A stretch of DNA of 63,107 nucleotides, filler included, from 3 parts of 3 records of this genome joined end to end with filler, not necessarily neighbours in it, one strand, 5' to 3'; positions 29,199 to 39,386 are shown, counted from the first letter of the whole stretch. A program made the numbers and translations. Notes: generated by a model not told the origin, from the letters alone.

Positions 29199-30641
29199 AT
29201 GAAATATTTAGTATACATATTAAGCCTGTTTTGTCTATTAGGATTAAGCAGTTGCACCAAAGATTTTGAAGATATAAACACTAACCCGAACGCACCTAAT
29301 TCAGTCCAGCCAAGTTTATTACTGCGTCAAGTAATTTATGATTTTGGTGAGCAGATGAGTTATGAAGGCTTTGTGGCTGGAGATTTACTATCACAACACC
29401 GTACAGCACTGGATTTTAATTTGTTTGACAGGCACGCATTAAAATCGCCACAACTAGGAGGAAATCCTTGGCCAATTTTTTATACAAACTTAAGAGATAA
29501 CGAAATTATTATAAACCAATCTCAGAATGTTGAAACGTTTGCAGTATATGAAGGTCCTGCGCTAATAATGAAAGCTTATATGGCAGGTATCCTAACAGAT
29601 TTATTTGGAGACGTTCCTTATTCAGAAGCATTTAATGGTATAAATGGTACAGTAAAACCTAGCTATGACTTACAGGAAAATATATACAATGCAGAAGATG
29701 GTATATTTGATAATCTAGAAAAAGGAGTTGCAGCAATTAATGCATACCAAGGTGCAATACCTTTAGAAGGAGACATTCTTTTTAACGGAAATCTTCAGGC
29801 TTGGATAAAATTTGCAAATTCATTAAAAATTAAACACTTAATGAGAGTGTCTAATAAAATGGATGTGTCTTCAGAGTTACAAGCAATTTTTAATGAAGGC
29901 AATTATATTTCTTTAAACTCAGAAAATGCAATATTCAATTTTACGGCAACAGAACCAAACAGTTTTAGGCTAGCACAACTTAGAATAGGAGATTTTAACA
30001 ACTTCGTTTTATCTGAAACTATGGAAAATGTATTTCAAGATCTAGAAGACCCAAGATTAGGAACATTTTTTAGACCATTCGATAATTCAGATTCTGGAGA
30101 ATTTAACGGCTTAATTAATGGGATAGATGCTTCTCAAACAAGTATTGCACTAGCAGATTATTCAAGAGCTGGCACGTTATTTAGAGAAGACACGTCTGGC
30201 TTAGATGCTAACTTTTCAACAGCTTGGGAAACAAATTTTTTCTTAGCAGAAGCTGCAGAACGTGGTATAATAATAGCTAACGCTCAACAACTATACGAAA
30301 TAGGTGTACAGCAAGCTTTTGAGTTTTGGCTTACAGATCTTCCAGAAACATATTTAACAACTGGAAATGCTGCTTATGGCAACACAGGAAATAACTTATC
30401 GCAGATTCTAACCCAAAAATGGATAGCTAATATCATAAACGGTTATGAAGGTTGGACAGAATGGCGCCGAACAGGTTTCCCAGAATTTATGCCTGTAGAT
30501 GCTAGCTTAAATGATGGGCTTATTCCTGTAAGAATGCCCTATCCATCTGAGGAAGAAGCTCTAAATGCAGATAATTATAATGAAGCTGCAACTGCTACAA
30601 ATGGGAACAGTATTAATGCAGAAGTTTGGTGGAACGAGTAA
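29199..30641 (+). CDS. susD: SusD/RagB family lipoprotein
   Basis: LSSCTKDFEDINTNPN, LTDLFGDVPYSEA, W.KFANSLK, DPRL, ILTQKWIA, EGWTEWRRTGFP. Start moved to ATG at 29199. Confidence 0.95.
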   Translation: MKYLVYILSLFCLLGLSSCTKDFEDINTNPNAPNSVQPSLLLRQVIYDFGEQMSYEGFVAGDLLSQHRTALDFNLFDRHALKSPQLGGNPWPIFYTNLRDNEIIINQSQNVETFAVYEGPALIMKAYMAGILTDLFGDVPYSEAFNGINGTVKPSYDLQENIYNAEDGIFDNLEKGVAAINAYQGAIPLEGDILFNGNLQAWIKFANSLKIKHLMRVSNKMDVSSELQAIFNEGNYISLNSENAIFNFTATEPNSFRLAQLRIGDFNNFVLSETMENVFQDLEDPRLGTFFRPFDNSDSGEFNGLINGIDASQTSIALADYSRAGTLFREDTSGLDANFSTAWETNFFLAEAAERGIIIANAQQLYEIGVQQAFEFWLTDLPETYLTTGNAAYGNTGNNLSQILTQKWIANIINGYEGWTEWRRTGFPEFMPVDASLNDGLIPVRMPYPSEEEALNADNYNEAATATNGNSINAEVWWNE

Positions 30642-30669
30642 TTATGGCTTTGCCTAAAAATTAAAACGT

Positions 30670-31635
30670 ATGAGTGTAGAATACTGGCAATGGATTTTAG
30701 TAATAGGCTCAAGTCTGTTATTATTTTTCTTATCACCATTAGCAAAAAATGCATCAGAGTTTTTTAAAGCAACTCACCGCAAAAAGGCTCCTAACGCAAT
30801 AATGCTAACAGGAAGCCTTATAATCTCTTGGATTTTTGCTAAAAGCATTACCAATGCTGCAAACTTAGGATTAGATTATGGTATTGTTGGTGGTGTTGCA
30901 TATGCTGGTTATTACTTAAGTTTTGCTGTTGCTGGTTTAATAATATATAAGATTAGAGTAAAAGGTGGCTTTAACAGCATACACGAGTTTTTAACTACAA
31001 AATTTGGAAAAGGTGCTGTTGCACTTTTCTCTATACTTATATGCATACGTTTATTTAATGAGGTGTGGAGCAACACTATAGTTATAGGAACTTATTTTGG
31101 AGATCAAGGTACACAAGCTTATTATTGGTCAATTTTAATATTCACAGCGCTTACATTAGCCTATGCATTAAAAGGCGGTTTAAGTAGTTCTATTTTTACA
31201 GATGTTATACAAATGGGGCTTTTTGCCATTTTACTCTCAGTTATCTTAGGCGTAATATTTACAGCAGAAGATTTTACTATAAAAGATGCCGCTACTTCTG
31301 GAACTTGGTCGTTAGACTTAGGTCTTAATTTATTTTTTGCAGCACTCATACAGTCGTTTAGTTACCCATTTCACGACCCTGTTCTTACAGATCGTGGTTT
31401 TTTAAGTTCACCAAAAGTTACACGGCGTAGTTTTATAATGGCAAGTATATTGGGCGCTATATGCATTATAATGTTTAGCATTATTGGGGTGTATGCACAA
31501 AGTGAAGGTTTTAAGGGTCAAGCAGCAGTTGAGGTTGGTAAGGCATTTGGTGTGGTTATATTACTGGTTATTAATTTTATAATGATTACTTCTGCAGCGT
31601 CAACATTAGACTCTACGTTTTCATCATTTTCTAAA
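30670..31635 (+). CDS. Sodium:solute symporter family protein (3'-truncated by contig end)
   Basis: Multiple TM helices, YALKGGLSSSIFTDVIQ, SAASTLDS motifs; runs into the N-spacer. Confidence 0.85.
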
Positions 31636-31735
31636 NNNNNNNNNNNNNNNNNNNNNNNNNNNNNNNNNNNNNNNNNNNNTTAATTAATTAANNNNNNNNN
31701 NNNNNNNNNNNNNNNNNNNNNNNNNNNNNNNNNNN
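31636..31735. other. Artificial contig spacer
   Basis: 44 N + TTAATTAATTAA (stop codons in all six frames) + 44 N. Confidence 0.99.
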
Positions 31736-31753
31736 GTTCTGGGTTTTTTTGTT

Positions 31754-32416
31754 TTATAAATCCTCTATTCTTTCAATACGTTCCTGTAGATCAAACCTGT
31801 CGCTCGGTAAAAAACCCTTGCTTATCAATACGATACCACAAATGATCAATACAATTCCCAATCCCTTTTTAATCAAAACGATACGTTCTTGGGTCAAGTA
31901 CTTTTTTAACTGTTTGGCCAAAATAATCTTAATCAGGTCGGTTGCAAAATAGACTACCAACACGGTACCGAAAAATACCATCATTCTATTGGGATTGTTC
32001 TCCAAACTGGGTCCGACAACGATAATAAGCCCCAACCAAAATGCCAATACGCCGATATTTATAAAATTCAAAAGAAATCCCTTTGCCAACAGTCCAAAAT
32101 AAGTACCCTTAGATGCCCTGACATTGGTCTTTTTCTTGGCCTTCTTTACAAAAAGAAAAATTCCGTAGACCAATAAGATCATCCCCCCAAAAACAAACAA
32201 TCCAGGTTCGTTGCTCAAATTCTCCAATAACTGAAAACTGCTGAAATAGGCAATGAGCAAAAAAACAATATCGGCCAAAATTACCCCTATATCCAAACTT
32301 ACTCCCGCCCTGAAACCTTTTGTGGCACTCGTTTCCAACAAAACAAAGAAAACAGGTCCGATCATAAAGCTCAATAGAAATCCCAAAGGGATCGCAGCTT
32401 GGATATCATCAATCAT
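31754..32416 (-). CDS. LysE family translocator
   Basis: GFLLSFMIGPVFFVLLETS..KGFRAG, GFLLNFIN; about six TM segments. Confidence 0.88.
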   Translation of the reverse strand: MIDDIQAAIPLGFLLSFMIGPVFFVLLETSATKGFRAGVSLDIGVILADIVFLLIAYFSSFQLLENLSNEPGLFVFGGMILLVYGIFLFVKKAKKKTNVRASKGTYFGLLAKGFLLNFINIGVLAFWLGLIIVVGPSLENNPNRMMVFFGTVLVVYFATDLIKIILAKQLKKYLTQERIVLIKKGLGIVLIICGIVLISKGFLPSDRFDLQERIERIEDL

Positions 32417-32418
32417 TT

Positions 32419-33099
32419 TTAATTCACTCTTTTTATTTTTCCACCAAAAAGGGTCTGCTCGTCCATTTTCTTCGGATCACCATATACCAGTACTTCGCCA
32501 CCGGCCTTTACATTGGCCTTTACGTAGTCCGATGCATAAATTTCGGCATTGCCACCTGCATTGACGTTAATGGTGGTAAACTTTGTTTTAAAGTTTCTTC
32601 CGCTGTATTCACCACCGGTATTGATGATCACATCTTGGTTATTGGAAAAGCCCCCAGCAAAAATTTTACCGCCGGAAACCGCTTTTATCAACAGCTGGTC
32701 TACCTCACAATTGATTTCCAGCTCCCCGCCCTCCTGTGCCTTAAGTTCCAAGACTTTTTGCACATAGGTATCATCGGAAGAAATTCTTGCATCCTCGTTT
32801 ACATCTATAACCACTAATTCTTCAGAGTGATAAAGATCTACATAGGTTCTATATCCACTGAATATTTTAACGATTTCCATTCGGATTTTCAAAATACCTT
32901 CATTATTGACAATGGCCACATTGGTGGTATTTGCACCAGTAATCACCGCTTTGTTTTCATTTGATCGTATCAAGTTGATGGAAATACCATCAAAACCCTT
33001 TACTTCGGTAAACTTTTGTAGGTTTTGGGTTATGGTAGCATCCTGGGCCTCAATATATTGAAGGGATAGGAACAAAATAACAATCGTAATAATTCTCAT
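32419..33099 (-). CDS. Head GIN domain (DUF2807) protein
   Basis: Signal peptide; FTEVKGFDGISINL; repeated ..A.SGG/AGG beta-helix units; VLVYGDPK. Confidence 0.8.
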   Translation of the reverse strand: MRIITIVILFLSLQYIEAQDATITQNLQKFTEVKGFDGISINLIRSNENKAVITGANTTNVAIVNNEGILKIRMEIVKIFSGYRTYVDLYHSEELVVIDVNEDARISSDDTYVQKVLELKAQEGGELEINCEVDQLLIKAVSGGKIFAGGFSNNQDVIINTGGEYSGRNFKTKFTTINVNAGGNAEIYASDYVKANVKAGGEVLVYGDPKKMDEQTLFGGKIKRVN

Positions 33100-33151
33100 G
33101 TTATAAAAATTTGGTTCTCAATAGGATAACAAACTTTATTCCAAAATAGTA

Positions 33152-35335
33152 TTATTTCTTTTTACCGATCAACGAAAAGTCGAGATGCCTTTTTACCAAA
33201 TCAGTGTTTTTCACCATTACGTAAACCTCGTCTCCCAACTGATACATCCGTTTGGTTCGCTCTCCCACTATGGCATACTGGCGTTCATCAAAAATATAGT
33301 AATCATCTTTAATATCGCGGATACGTACCATGCCCTCACATTTGTTCTCAACAATCTCTACATATATGCCCCACTCGGTAACGCCGGAAATCACACCAAG
33401 GAATTCCTGGTCCTTGTGGTCCTCCATAAACTTGATCTGCATGTACTTGATGGAATCCCGCTCCGCATTGGCCGCCAATAGTTCCATATCGGAGGAATGC
33501 TTGCACTTTTCTTCGTATACGGTGGCTTTTGGTGCTTTTTCCTTATCCAGATAATGTTGTAGCAAGCGGTGGACCATTACATCCGGATAACGCCGTATGG
33601 GTGAAGTAAAATGGGTATAGTAGTCAAATCCCAGTCCGTAGTGCCCAATATTTTCCGTGGTATAAATGGCCTTGCTCATACTACGGATGGCCAAGGTATC
33701 CACCAAGTTTTGTTCTTTCTTGCCCTTTACGTCCTCCAACAACTTGTTTAGGGACTGGTTAATGGTCTTACTGTCCTTTAGGTTTATACTGTGTCCGAAT
33801 CTGGAAATAACACCGTTGAGGGCCATTAATTTGTCCTCGTCCGGCTTGTCGTGCACCCGGTACACAAACGTTTTTTTCTGTTTTCCTATAAACTCGGCAA
33901 CCTTTCTATTGGCCAGGAGCATAAATTCCTCGATCAATTTGTTGGCGTCCTTTGCTTCTTTAAAGAAAACACCGACAGGCTCATTGTCTTCGGACAAATG
34001 GAACTTGACCTCTATCTTATCAAAAGAAATGGCTCCGGCGTCCATTCGGGCCTGCCTCATGATCTTTGCCAACCGATCAAAAGTGAGAACGGCATCCACA
34101 ACATCATCAGATACCGAATAAGCGTTTTCGCGAATGGATATCTCTTTTGGAATCTTGTTTTGCTCGGTTTCAATAATGTGCTGAGCCTCTTCGTAGGCAA
34201 AACGTTCGTTCGAATTAATGGCGGTCCTGCCAAACCATTGATTGACCAATTTGGCATTGTCGTCCATTTCGAAAACCGCAGAGAAGGTATACTTCTCCTC
34301 GTTGGGTCGAAGGGAACAGGCCATGTTGGACAGTACCTCCGGTAACATGGGAACCACACGGTCCACCAAATATACCGATGTGGCCCTATCGTAGGCTTCG
34401 TCCTCCAAAATGGTATCCGGCTGAACATAGTGTGATACATCGGCTATATGGATTCCTATTTCATAATTGCCATTCTCCAATTTCTGGAAGGAAAGGGCAT
34501 CGTCAAAATCCTTGGCATCCTTTGGATCTATGGTAAAGGTAAGCACATCGCGCATATCCCTTCGCTTGGCAATTTCCGATTCCTTTATACTGGTATCCAA
34601 TGTTTTGGCAAACTGTTCTACCTCATAAGGAAACTCATGCGGTAAACCGTATTCGGCCAAAATGGAATGTATCTCGGTGTTGTGTTCCCCGGGGCGTCCC
34701 AGTACTTCCACAATTTCCCCGTATGGAGAATCGGTATCATCCGGCCAATCACCCATATTGACCAATACCTTGTCGCCATCGTTCGCCTTTTTCAATTTTT
34801 CCGGTGGGACAAAAATATCGGTATACATCCTGGAATCGGTAGGACGAACAAAAGCAAAACTTTTCTGCTTGTCCACAATACCTACATAAGAGGTCTTCTT
34901 GCGCTCGAGTACCTTGGAAATTTCACCTTCCATTTTTTTGCTCTTACGTCTTGGTTTGATAAAAACCTCGACCGTATCCCCATGAAAGGCCCTGTTCAAA
35001 TTATTGTTCTGTACAAAGATGTCGTCTTCCAGTTCATCCACAATGATATAGGCGTTGCCACTTGTGGTCAAATCCACCCTACCCGTATAATACGTATGAA
35101 GTGATCGCTTCTTTTGATACTTGCCCCGTTCGGGCTCCAAAATACGTTCACTCGCCTTTAACTGTCCCAAACGTTTGATCAAAAGGTTTCGGTCTTGTGT
35201 ATCCTCTATTCCGAGTTTTGATGCTATTTGCTTATAATTGAAGCTCTTAGATGGTTCCTTTTCCAGTACGGTGAAAATGCCCTTCGTAATTTCATTCTTT
35301 CGCTGACTACCAGCTCTCTTCTTTTTCTTTGACAT
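33152..35335 (-). CDS. rnr: Ribonuclease R
   Basis: FTIDPKDAKDFDDALS, HIADVSHYV, IEEFMLLAN, HFTSPIRRYPD, C-terminal S1 domain. Confidence 0.98.
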   Translation of the reverse strand: MSKKKKRAGSQRKNEITKGIFTVLEKEPSKSFNYKQIASKLGIEDTQDRNLLIKRLGQLKASERILEPERGKYQKKRSLHTYYTGRVDLTTSGNAYIIVDELEDDIFVQNNNLNRAFHGDTVEVFIKPRRKSKKMEGEISKVLERKKTSYVGIVDKQKSFAFVRPTDSRMYTDIFVPPEKLKKANDGDKVLVNMGDWPDDTDSPYGEIVEVLGRPGEHNTEIHSILAEYGLPHEFPYEVEQFAKTLDTSIKESEIAKRRDMRDVLTFTIDPKDAKDFDDALSFQKLENGNYEIGIHIADVSHYVQPDTILEDEAYDRATSVYLVDRVVPMLPEVLSNMACSLRPNEEKYTFSAVFEMDDNAKLVNQWFGRTAINSNERFAYEEAQHIIETEQNKIPKEISIRENAYSVSDDVVDAVLTFDRLAKIMRQARMDAGAISFDKIEVKFHLSEDNEPVGVFFKEAKDANKLIEEFMLLANRKVAEFIGKQKKTFVYRVHDKPDEDKLMALNGVISRFGHSINLKDSKTINQSLNKLLEDVKGKKEQNLVDTLAIRSMSKAIYTTENIGHYGLGFDYYTHFTSPIRRYPDVMVHRLLQHYLDKEKAPKATVYEEKCKHSSDMELLAANAERDSIKYMQIKFMEDHKDQEFLGVISGVTEWGIYVEIVENKCEGMVRIRDIKDDYYIFDERQYAIVGERTKRMYQLGDEVYVMVKNTDLVKRHLDFSLIGKKK

Positions 35336-35399
35336 TAACGTCCTTATTTTTTTGAAAAATACGAATTATAATCCTTGACCAACAAGGAAAGGAAGAGTA

Positions 35400-35720
35400 A
35401 TCTCAAACAAAGTCAACTTTATCAACAATAATCAATATTATATTTTTTCTTCTTTTTAAAATTTAATTAAAATGATGGTTATGATGGATCGTTGAAATGT
35501 GGAATAAAATTCTTTCAAAAAAGTTGCTTTGAACGATCAAAATAGTTTGTTCACAATTTGTAAGACCACAAGAAATTTAAAAATCAAACGATTAGATTTT
35601 TTGTACACAGTTTTTAATAACCGTTATCAACATCAATTTATTGAAAAGTTAATGTGTTTTTAATGTTAATTACCGTAAAAAAGTTCTTGATATTGGTTGA
35701 TTAATTTTTAATCGAATATC
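35400..35720. other. Probable chromosomal replication origin (oriC)
   Basis: Non-coding AT-rich interval with DnaA-box-like 9-mers: TTATCAACA (35419, 35624), TTGTTCACA (35547), TTGTACACA (35601) and TATTCCACA on the minus strand (35498-35506). Adjacent NAT triplet run and AT-tract. Confidence 0.65.
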
Positions 35721-35929
35721 AACGCAACATTAAATAATTATTCCTACTGATCGATTTTCTTGAATTACAAAATTTCGTTACCAGAAGTTTTATGTAAATA
35801 ATTAACAAAATGATGTTACTGTTAATTGATTGTTTTTTAACCCAATGCAAAAATCCCATCATTTTTATAAACAACGGAACATGAAAAGATGTTGTACCTT
35901 TGCGATGTACCCATTTTAATACTATAACC

Positions 35930-36361
35930 ATGAAAATTGCCATAGGAAACGACCACGCGGGAACCGATTACAAACTTGCCATTATCGGTCTGTTGAAATC
36001 TAAAGGAATAGAAGTTGTCAACTACGGAACCGATGGAACCGATAGTGTTGACTATCCGGATTTTACCCATCCCGTAGCAAAGGATGTGGAAGAAGGGAAG
36101 GTAGATTTTGGCATTGTTATATGCGGTAGCGGTAACGGGGCCACGATGACCATAAATAAACACCAAGGTGTTAGGGGCGCCCTGTGTTGGAACAAGGAGA
36201 TCACCGAATTGGCCAGGGAGCACAACGATGCCAATATTTTGAGCCTGCCCGCACGTTTTATAGCACTTCCGCAGGCATTGGATATGGTGGAAACGTTTTT
36301 GAAAACAGAGTTTCAAGGGGGCAGGCACGAACGTAGAATCGAAAAAATTCCTTGTAGTTAA
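35930..36361 (+). CDS. rpiB: Ribose-5-phosphate isomerase B
   Basis: MKIAIGNDHAG, SVDYPD, ICGSGNG, AREHNDAN, GGRH..R. Start moved to ATG at 35930; -7 box TACCTTTG at 35895-35902. Confidence 0.97.
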   Translation: MKIAIGNDHAGTDYKLAIIGLLKSKGIEVVNYGTDGTDSVDYPDFTHPVAKDVEEGKVDFGIVICGSGNGATMTINKHQGVRGALCWNKEITELAREHNDANILSLPARFIALPQALDMVETFLKTEFQGGRHERRIEKIPCS

Positions 36362-36366
36362 GTTCT

Positions 36367-37284
36367 ATGGGTCATCATCACGGACATTCACATTCGCATG
36401 CACATCCCGATCTAAAGGGAAGAAATCTCCTTATTTCTATTTTTCTGAACATAGGTATAACCTTGGCGCAGGTTGTTGGGGGACTACTTTCAGGAAGTTT
36501 GGCACTGTTATCCGACGCACTCCATAATTTTAGTGATGTACTTAGCTTGATTATAAGTTATGTTGCAAGGCGGTTGGGAAAGAAAAAGGCATCCAATCTT
36601 AAAACATTTGGGTATAAGCGTGCGGAAATTTTGGCTGCGTTTATCAATGCAGCGACCTTGGTGGTCGTGGCCATAATTTTAATGAAGGAAGCTGTTGAAC
36701 GGTTGATGGAACCACAAGAAATAGAATCCAACTTGGTAATTTGGCTCGCTTTGATAGCCATTGCGGGCAATGGTTTTAGCGTATTGCTCCTAAAAAAGGA
36801 TTCGGAGGACAATATGAACATGAAATCCGCTTATTTGCACCTACTTACCGATATGATGGCATCGGTGGCCGTATTGATAGGAGGTATTTTGATGAAATAT
36901 TTCCAAATCTATTGGGTTGATGCCATCCTTACCATGATCATAGGTGTCTATTTGATCTATATGGGATATGACCTATTGAAGGATTCCACCAAGGTATTAA
37001 TGCTTTTCACCCCAAAATCAGTGGTAATCCAAGACATTGTGGAATCCATCTGTACCATAGAACCGGTGAAAAATGTGCACCATGTGCATATATGGCAGCT
37101 CAATGAAGATGAAGTTCACATGGAGGCCCATATCGATTTTAAAAATGATATCCGCCTTTCCGAGTTTGATGAGATCCTTGAAAAAATTGAGGAACATGTC
37201 TACCATAAACATGGCATAAACCATGTCAATATACAGCCCGAGTTTGATAAGTGTGATTCCAAAAGCGTAATAGTCCAAGATTAA
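36367..37284 (+). CDS. Cation diffusion facilitator (CzcD/ZitB-like)
   Basis: His-rich N-terminus, SLALLSDALHNFSD, TFGYKRAE, HLLTD, HHVHIW, H..IQPE. Confidence 0.93.
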   Translation: MGHHHGHSHSHAHPDLKGRNLLISIFLNIGITLAQVVGGLLSGSLALLSDALHNFSDVLSLIISYVARRLGKKKASNLKTFGYKRAEILAAFINAATLVVVAIILMKEAVERLMEPQEIESNLVIWLALIAIAGNGFSVLLLKKDSEDNMNMKSAYLHLLTDMMASVAVLIGGILMKYFQIYWVDAILTMIIGVYLIYMGYDLLKDSTKVLMLFTPKSVVIQDIVESICTIEPVKNVHHVHIWQLNEDEVHMEAHIDFKNDIRLSEFDEILEKIEEHVYHKHGINHVNIQPEFDKCDSKSVIVQD

Positions 37285-37724
37285 TGCAAGTTTCCGTTAA
37301 AACTTTTGATGAGCTTTCTACCAAAGAACTTTACCAAATTCTACGACTGCGTAGCGAGGTTTTTGTAGTGGAACAAGATTGTGTATACCAAGATGTGGAC
37401 AACAAGGACCAAAAAGCGCTCCATGTCATGGGAATTAAAGATAACGAGGTTGTTGCCTATACCCGGATTTTTAAACCAGGTGATTATTTTGACAACGTAA
37501 GTATTGGCAGGGTAGTGGTAAGCCAAGAACAACGAAAATATGGATTGGGCAAACAGATTATGCAAGCCTCATTAGCAGCTATAAACCAAAGGTTTCCCGA
37601 TAAATCCATAGAAATATCCGCACAATCCTATCTCTTAAAATTTTATAAGGAATTAGGTTTTAATGCCACTGGAGAAGAATATTTGGAAGATGGCATTCCC
37701 CACAAAAGAATGCTAAAGGGCTAA
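37284..37724 (+). CDS. elaA: GNAT acetyltransferase, ElaA family
   Basis: LR.EVFVVEQ.C.YQD.D, IGRVVV, ISAQ.YL..FY..LGF, YLEDGIPH..M. Confidence 0.9.
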   Translation: MQVSVKTFDELSTKELYQILRLRSEVFVVEQDCVYQDVDNKDQKALHVMGIKDNEVVAYTRIFKPGDYFDNVSIGRVVVSQEQRKYGLGKQIMQASLAAINQRFPDKSIEISAQSYLLKFYKELGFNATGEEYLEDGIPHKRMLKG

Positions 37725-37726
37725 TA

Positions 37727-37756
37727 ATGGTCCCCTTGAGGGGACCATAGGGGTGT
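37727..37756 (+). repeat. REP-like palindromic repeat, copy 1 (intergenic)
   Basis: ATGGTCCCC-TTGA-GGGGACCAT hairpin plus AGGGGTGT tail; 37730-37756 is 26/27 identical to 41377-41403. Confidence 0.8.
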
Positions 37757-37871
37757 TATTCATCAAAAGATTAATAAGTACACAGAAAGAAAGAATGACA
37801 ACATCAATTGATTAAACGCCTCGCCAATCTGCTCCAAAAAATCCAATTTTAGAATAAGATTCACAGGTTTT

Positions 37872-39119
37872 TCAGCTTTGAAGTTGCTTTTCAAGTTCGG
37901 TTATTTTCCGGAACAGGGAAACACCTAATTTTTCCACAATGCCCACAACCAGAGCGTTGCCCATAAAAAAAGCACGCTTGGCATCCGAAATGCCCTCCAA
38001 TTTGGTATGATCATCTGGAAACATGTTCAACCGTTCCAATTCAACAGGTAAGAGTCTTCGCAGTCCCTTGGAAGTTTGGACCACGTGCTTAAACCGGGAC
38101 GGGGACTTGCCGCCTTCACCGGTTATAATAGTTCTGGAAGGTTGATCAAGGGCATCGGGGAAAACCATGCTGCCCTCGCTATAATTGTATTCAAAACCAG
38201 CGCTGGTCTTGCGTATTTCTTTTTTTGCGCCCTTTAAATATTCCCATTTGGGCAAATCGGCGCCATCAAGGTAATATTCGGAAGGAACAGGACCTTTTTT
38301 CAAAATATCGGAGAGTACGGTCCTTTTTCCATCATAGGATGGCGTAGTTTTTAGAGTAGATACTTTTCCGTTTATACAAACTCCTGTGTTCAGGAATGGC
38401 GAGAGGCCTTGTTCCTTATTGAAATTATTGGACAACACTACCAAATCCTCTTCCAGATCAAATTCAACCAGATTTTTTGCCGATCGGTCAACAGGAAAAG
38501 CGTCACAAAAAGTGCTTTCCTTTAAAATCCACTTGGAGGGATTGTTTTTCTGAAGCTTTTTGTAAATTTCCGTATCCTTAAAATATGCCAGAAAAAAAAC
38601 GCGCCTTCGGCGCTGGGGCATTCCATACTCTGCTGCATTTATCACGCGCCATTCCACAGCATAGCCCAAATCTGATAAACTACGGAGCATAACAGAAAAA
38701 TCCCTTCCTCTTTGGCTAGAGGGCGATTTTAAAAGCCGGTCCACATTTTCCAAAAAAAGATATTTCGGCTTATTTTTTTTCTCGGACAAAATTCGGTGAA
38801 TGGACCACCAAAGCACCCCTTTTTTACCAATAAGACCCTTGGAATTCTTGAGGGAAGTTGCAACAGAGTAGTCTTGACACGGAAATCCACCAACAAGAAC
38901 ATCATGGTCGGGAATTTCTTTGGTTTTGACGGTTTCAATATTGGAATTGGAATGGCTTTCCGCCCCAAAACGTGCTTCATAGACCAAAGAAGCGTGCTGC
39001 ATTTTTGTGGAAGGCTCCCATTGGTTGCTCCACACCACTTTGTAGTGTTCCGTGTTTTCCAATCCTAGGCGAAAGCCGCCAACACCCGCAAAAAGTTCAC
39101 AGACCTTAAGTTGTTGCAT
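37872..39119 (-). CDS. dcm: DNA (cytosine-5)-methyltransferase, no adjacent endonuclease
   Basis: Motif I FAGVGG, IV GFPCQ, VI ENV, VIII QRRRR, IX/X ERLNMFP...GNAL. Start moved to ATG at 39119. Confidence 0.95.
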   Translation of the reverse strand: MQQLKVCELFAGVGGFRLGLENTEHYKVVWSNQWEPSTKMQHASLVYEARFGAESHSNSNIETVKTKEIPDHDVLVGGFPCQDYSVATSLKNSKGLIGKKGVLWWSIHRILSEKKNKPKYLFLENVDRLLKSPSSQRGRDFSVMLRSLSDLGYAVEWRVINAAEYGMPQRRRRVFFLAYFKDTEIYKKLQKNNPSKWILKESTFCDAFPVDRSAKNLVEFDLEEDLVVLSNNFNKEQGLSPFLNTGVCINGKVSTLKTTPSYDGKRTVLSDILKKGPVPSEYYLDGADLPKWEYLKGAKKEIRKTSAGFEYNYSEGSMVFPDALDQPSRTIITGEGGKSPSRFKHVVQTSKGLRRLLPVELERLNMFPDDHTKLEGISDAKRAFFMGNALVVGIVEKLGVSLFRKITELEKQLQS

Positions 39120-39386
39120 GCCCAAAAATAGAATTAATTCCCTTTTTTGTGAGGGATTGCCGTACAAATTTGTGGAAATGGGCCTTGACCCCGAATTTCG
39201 AACGTTCCCACACCAAAATTATGGGTAAAGGAAGGCATTAAAAGACAACCCCTTTAAGGCCTATGCAAATTGAAAACCCCGGGGCAACGCCTCAAGAGTT
39301 GTTTTCACGGAGATCATGGGACAATGGAGCTGTTTTTTGGGAACGATATTTTGGCCTTGATAAGGATATTTGGTAAAAGGCACTTT

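Noticed and set aside
31680-31691. TTAATTAATTAA palindrome between N-runs, repeated at 57574-57585
   Set aside because: An artificial six-frame stop linker, not a biological repeat or att site.
35719-35943. 74-aa minus-strand ORF and other small ORFs in the rnr-rpiB interval
   Set aside because: No family features; they overlap the rpiB start and promoter, and the region is better explained as oriC.
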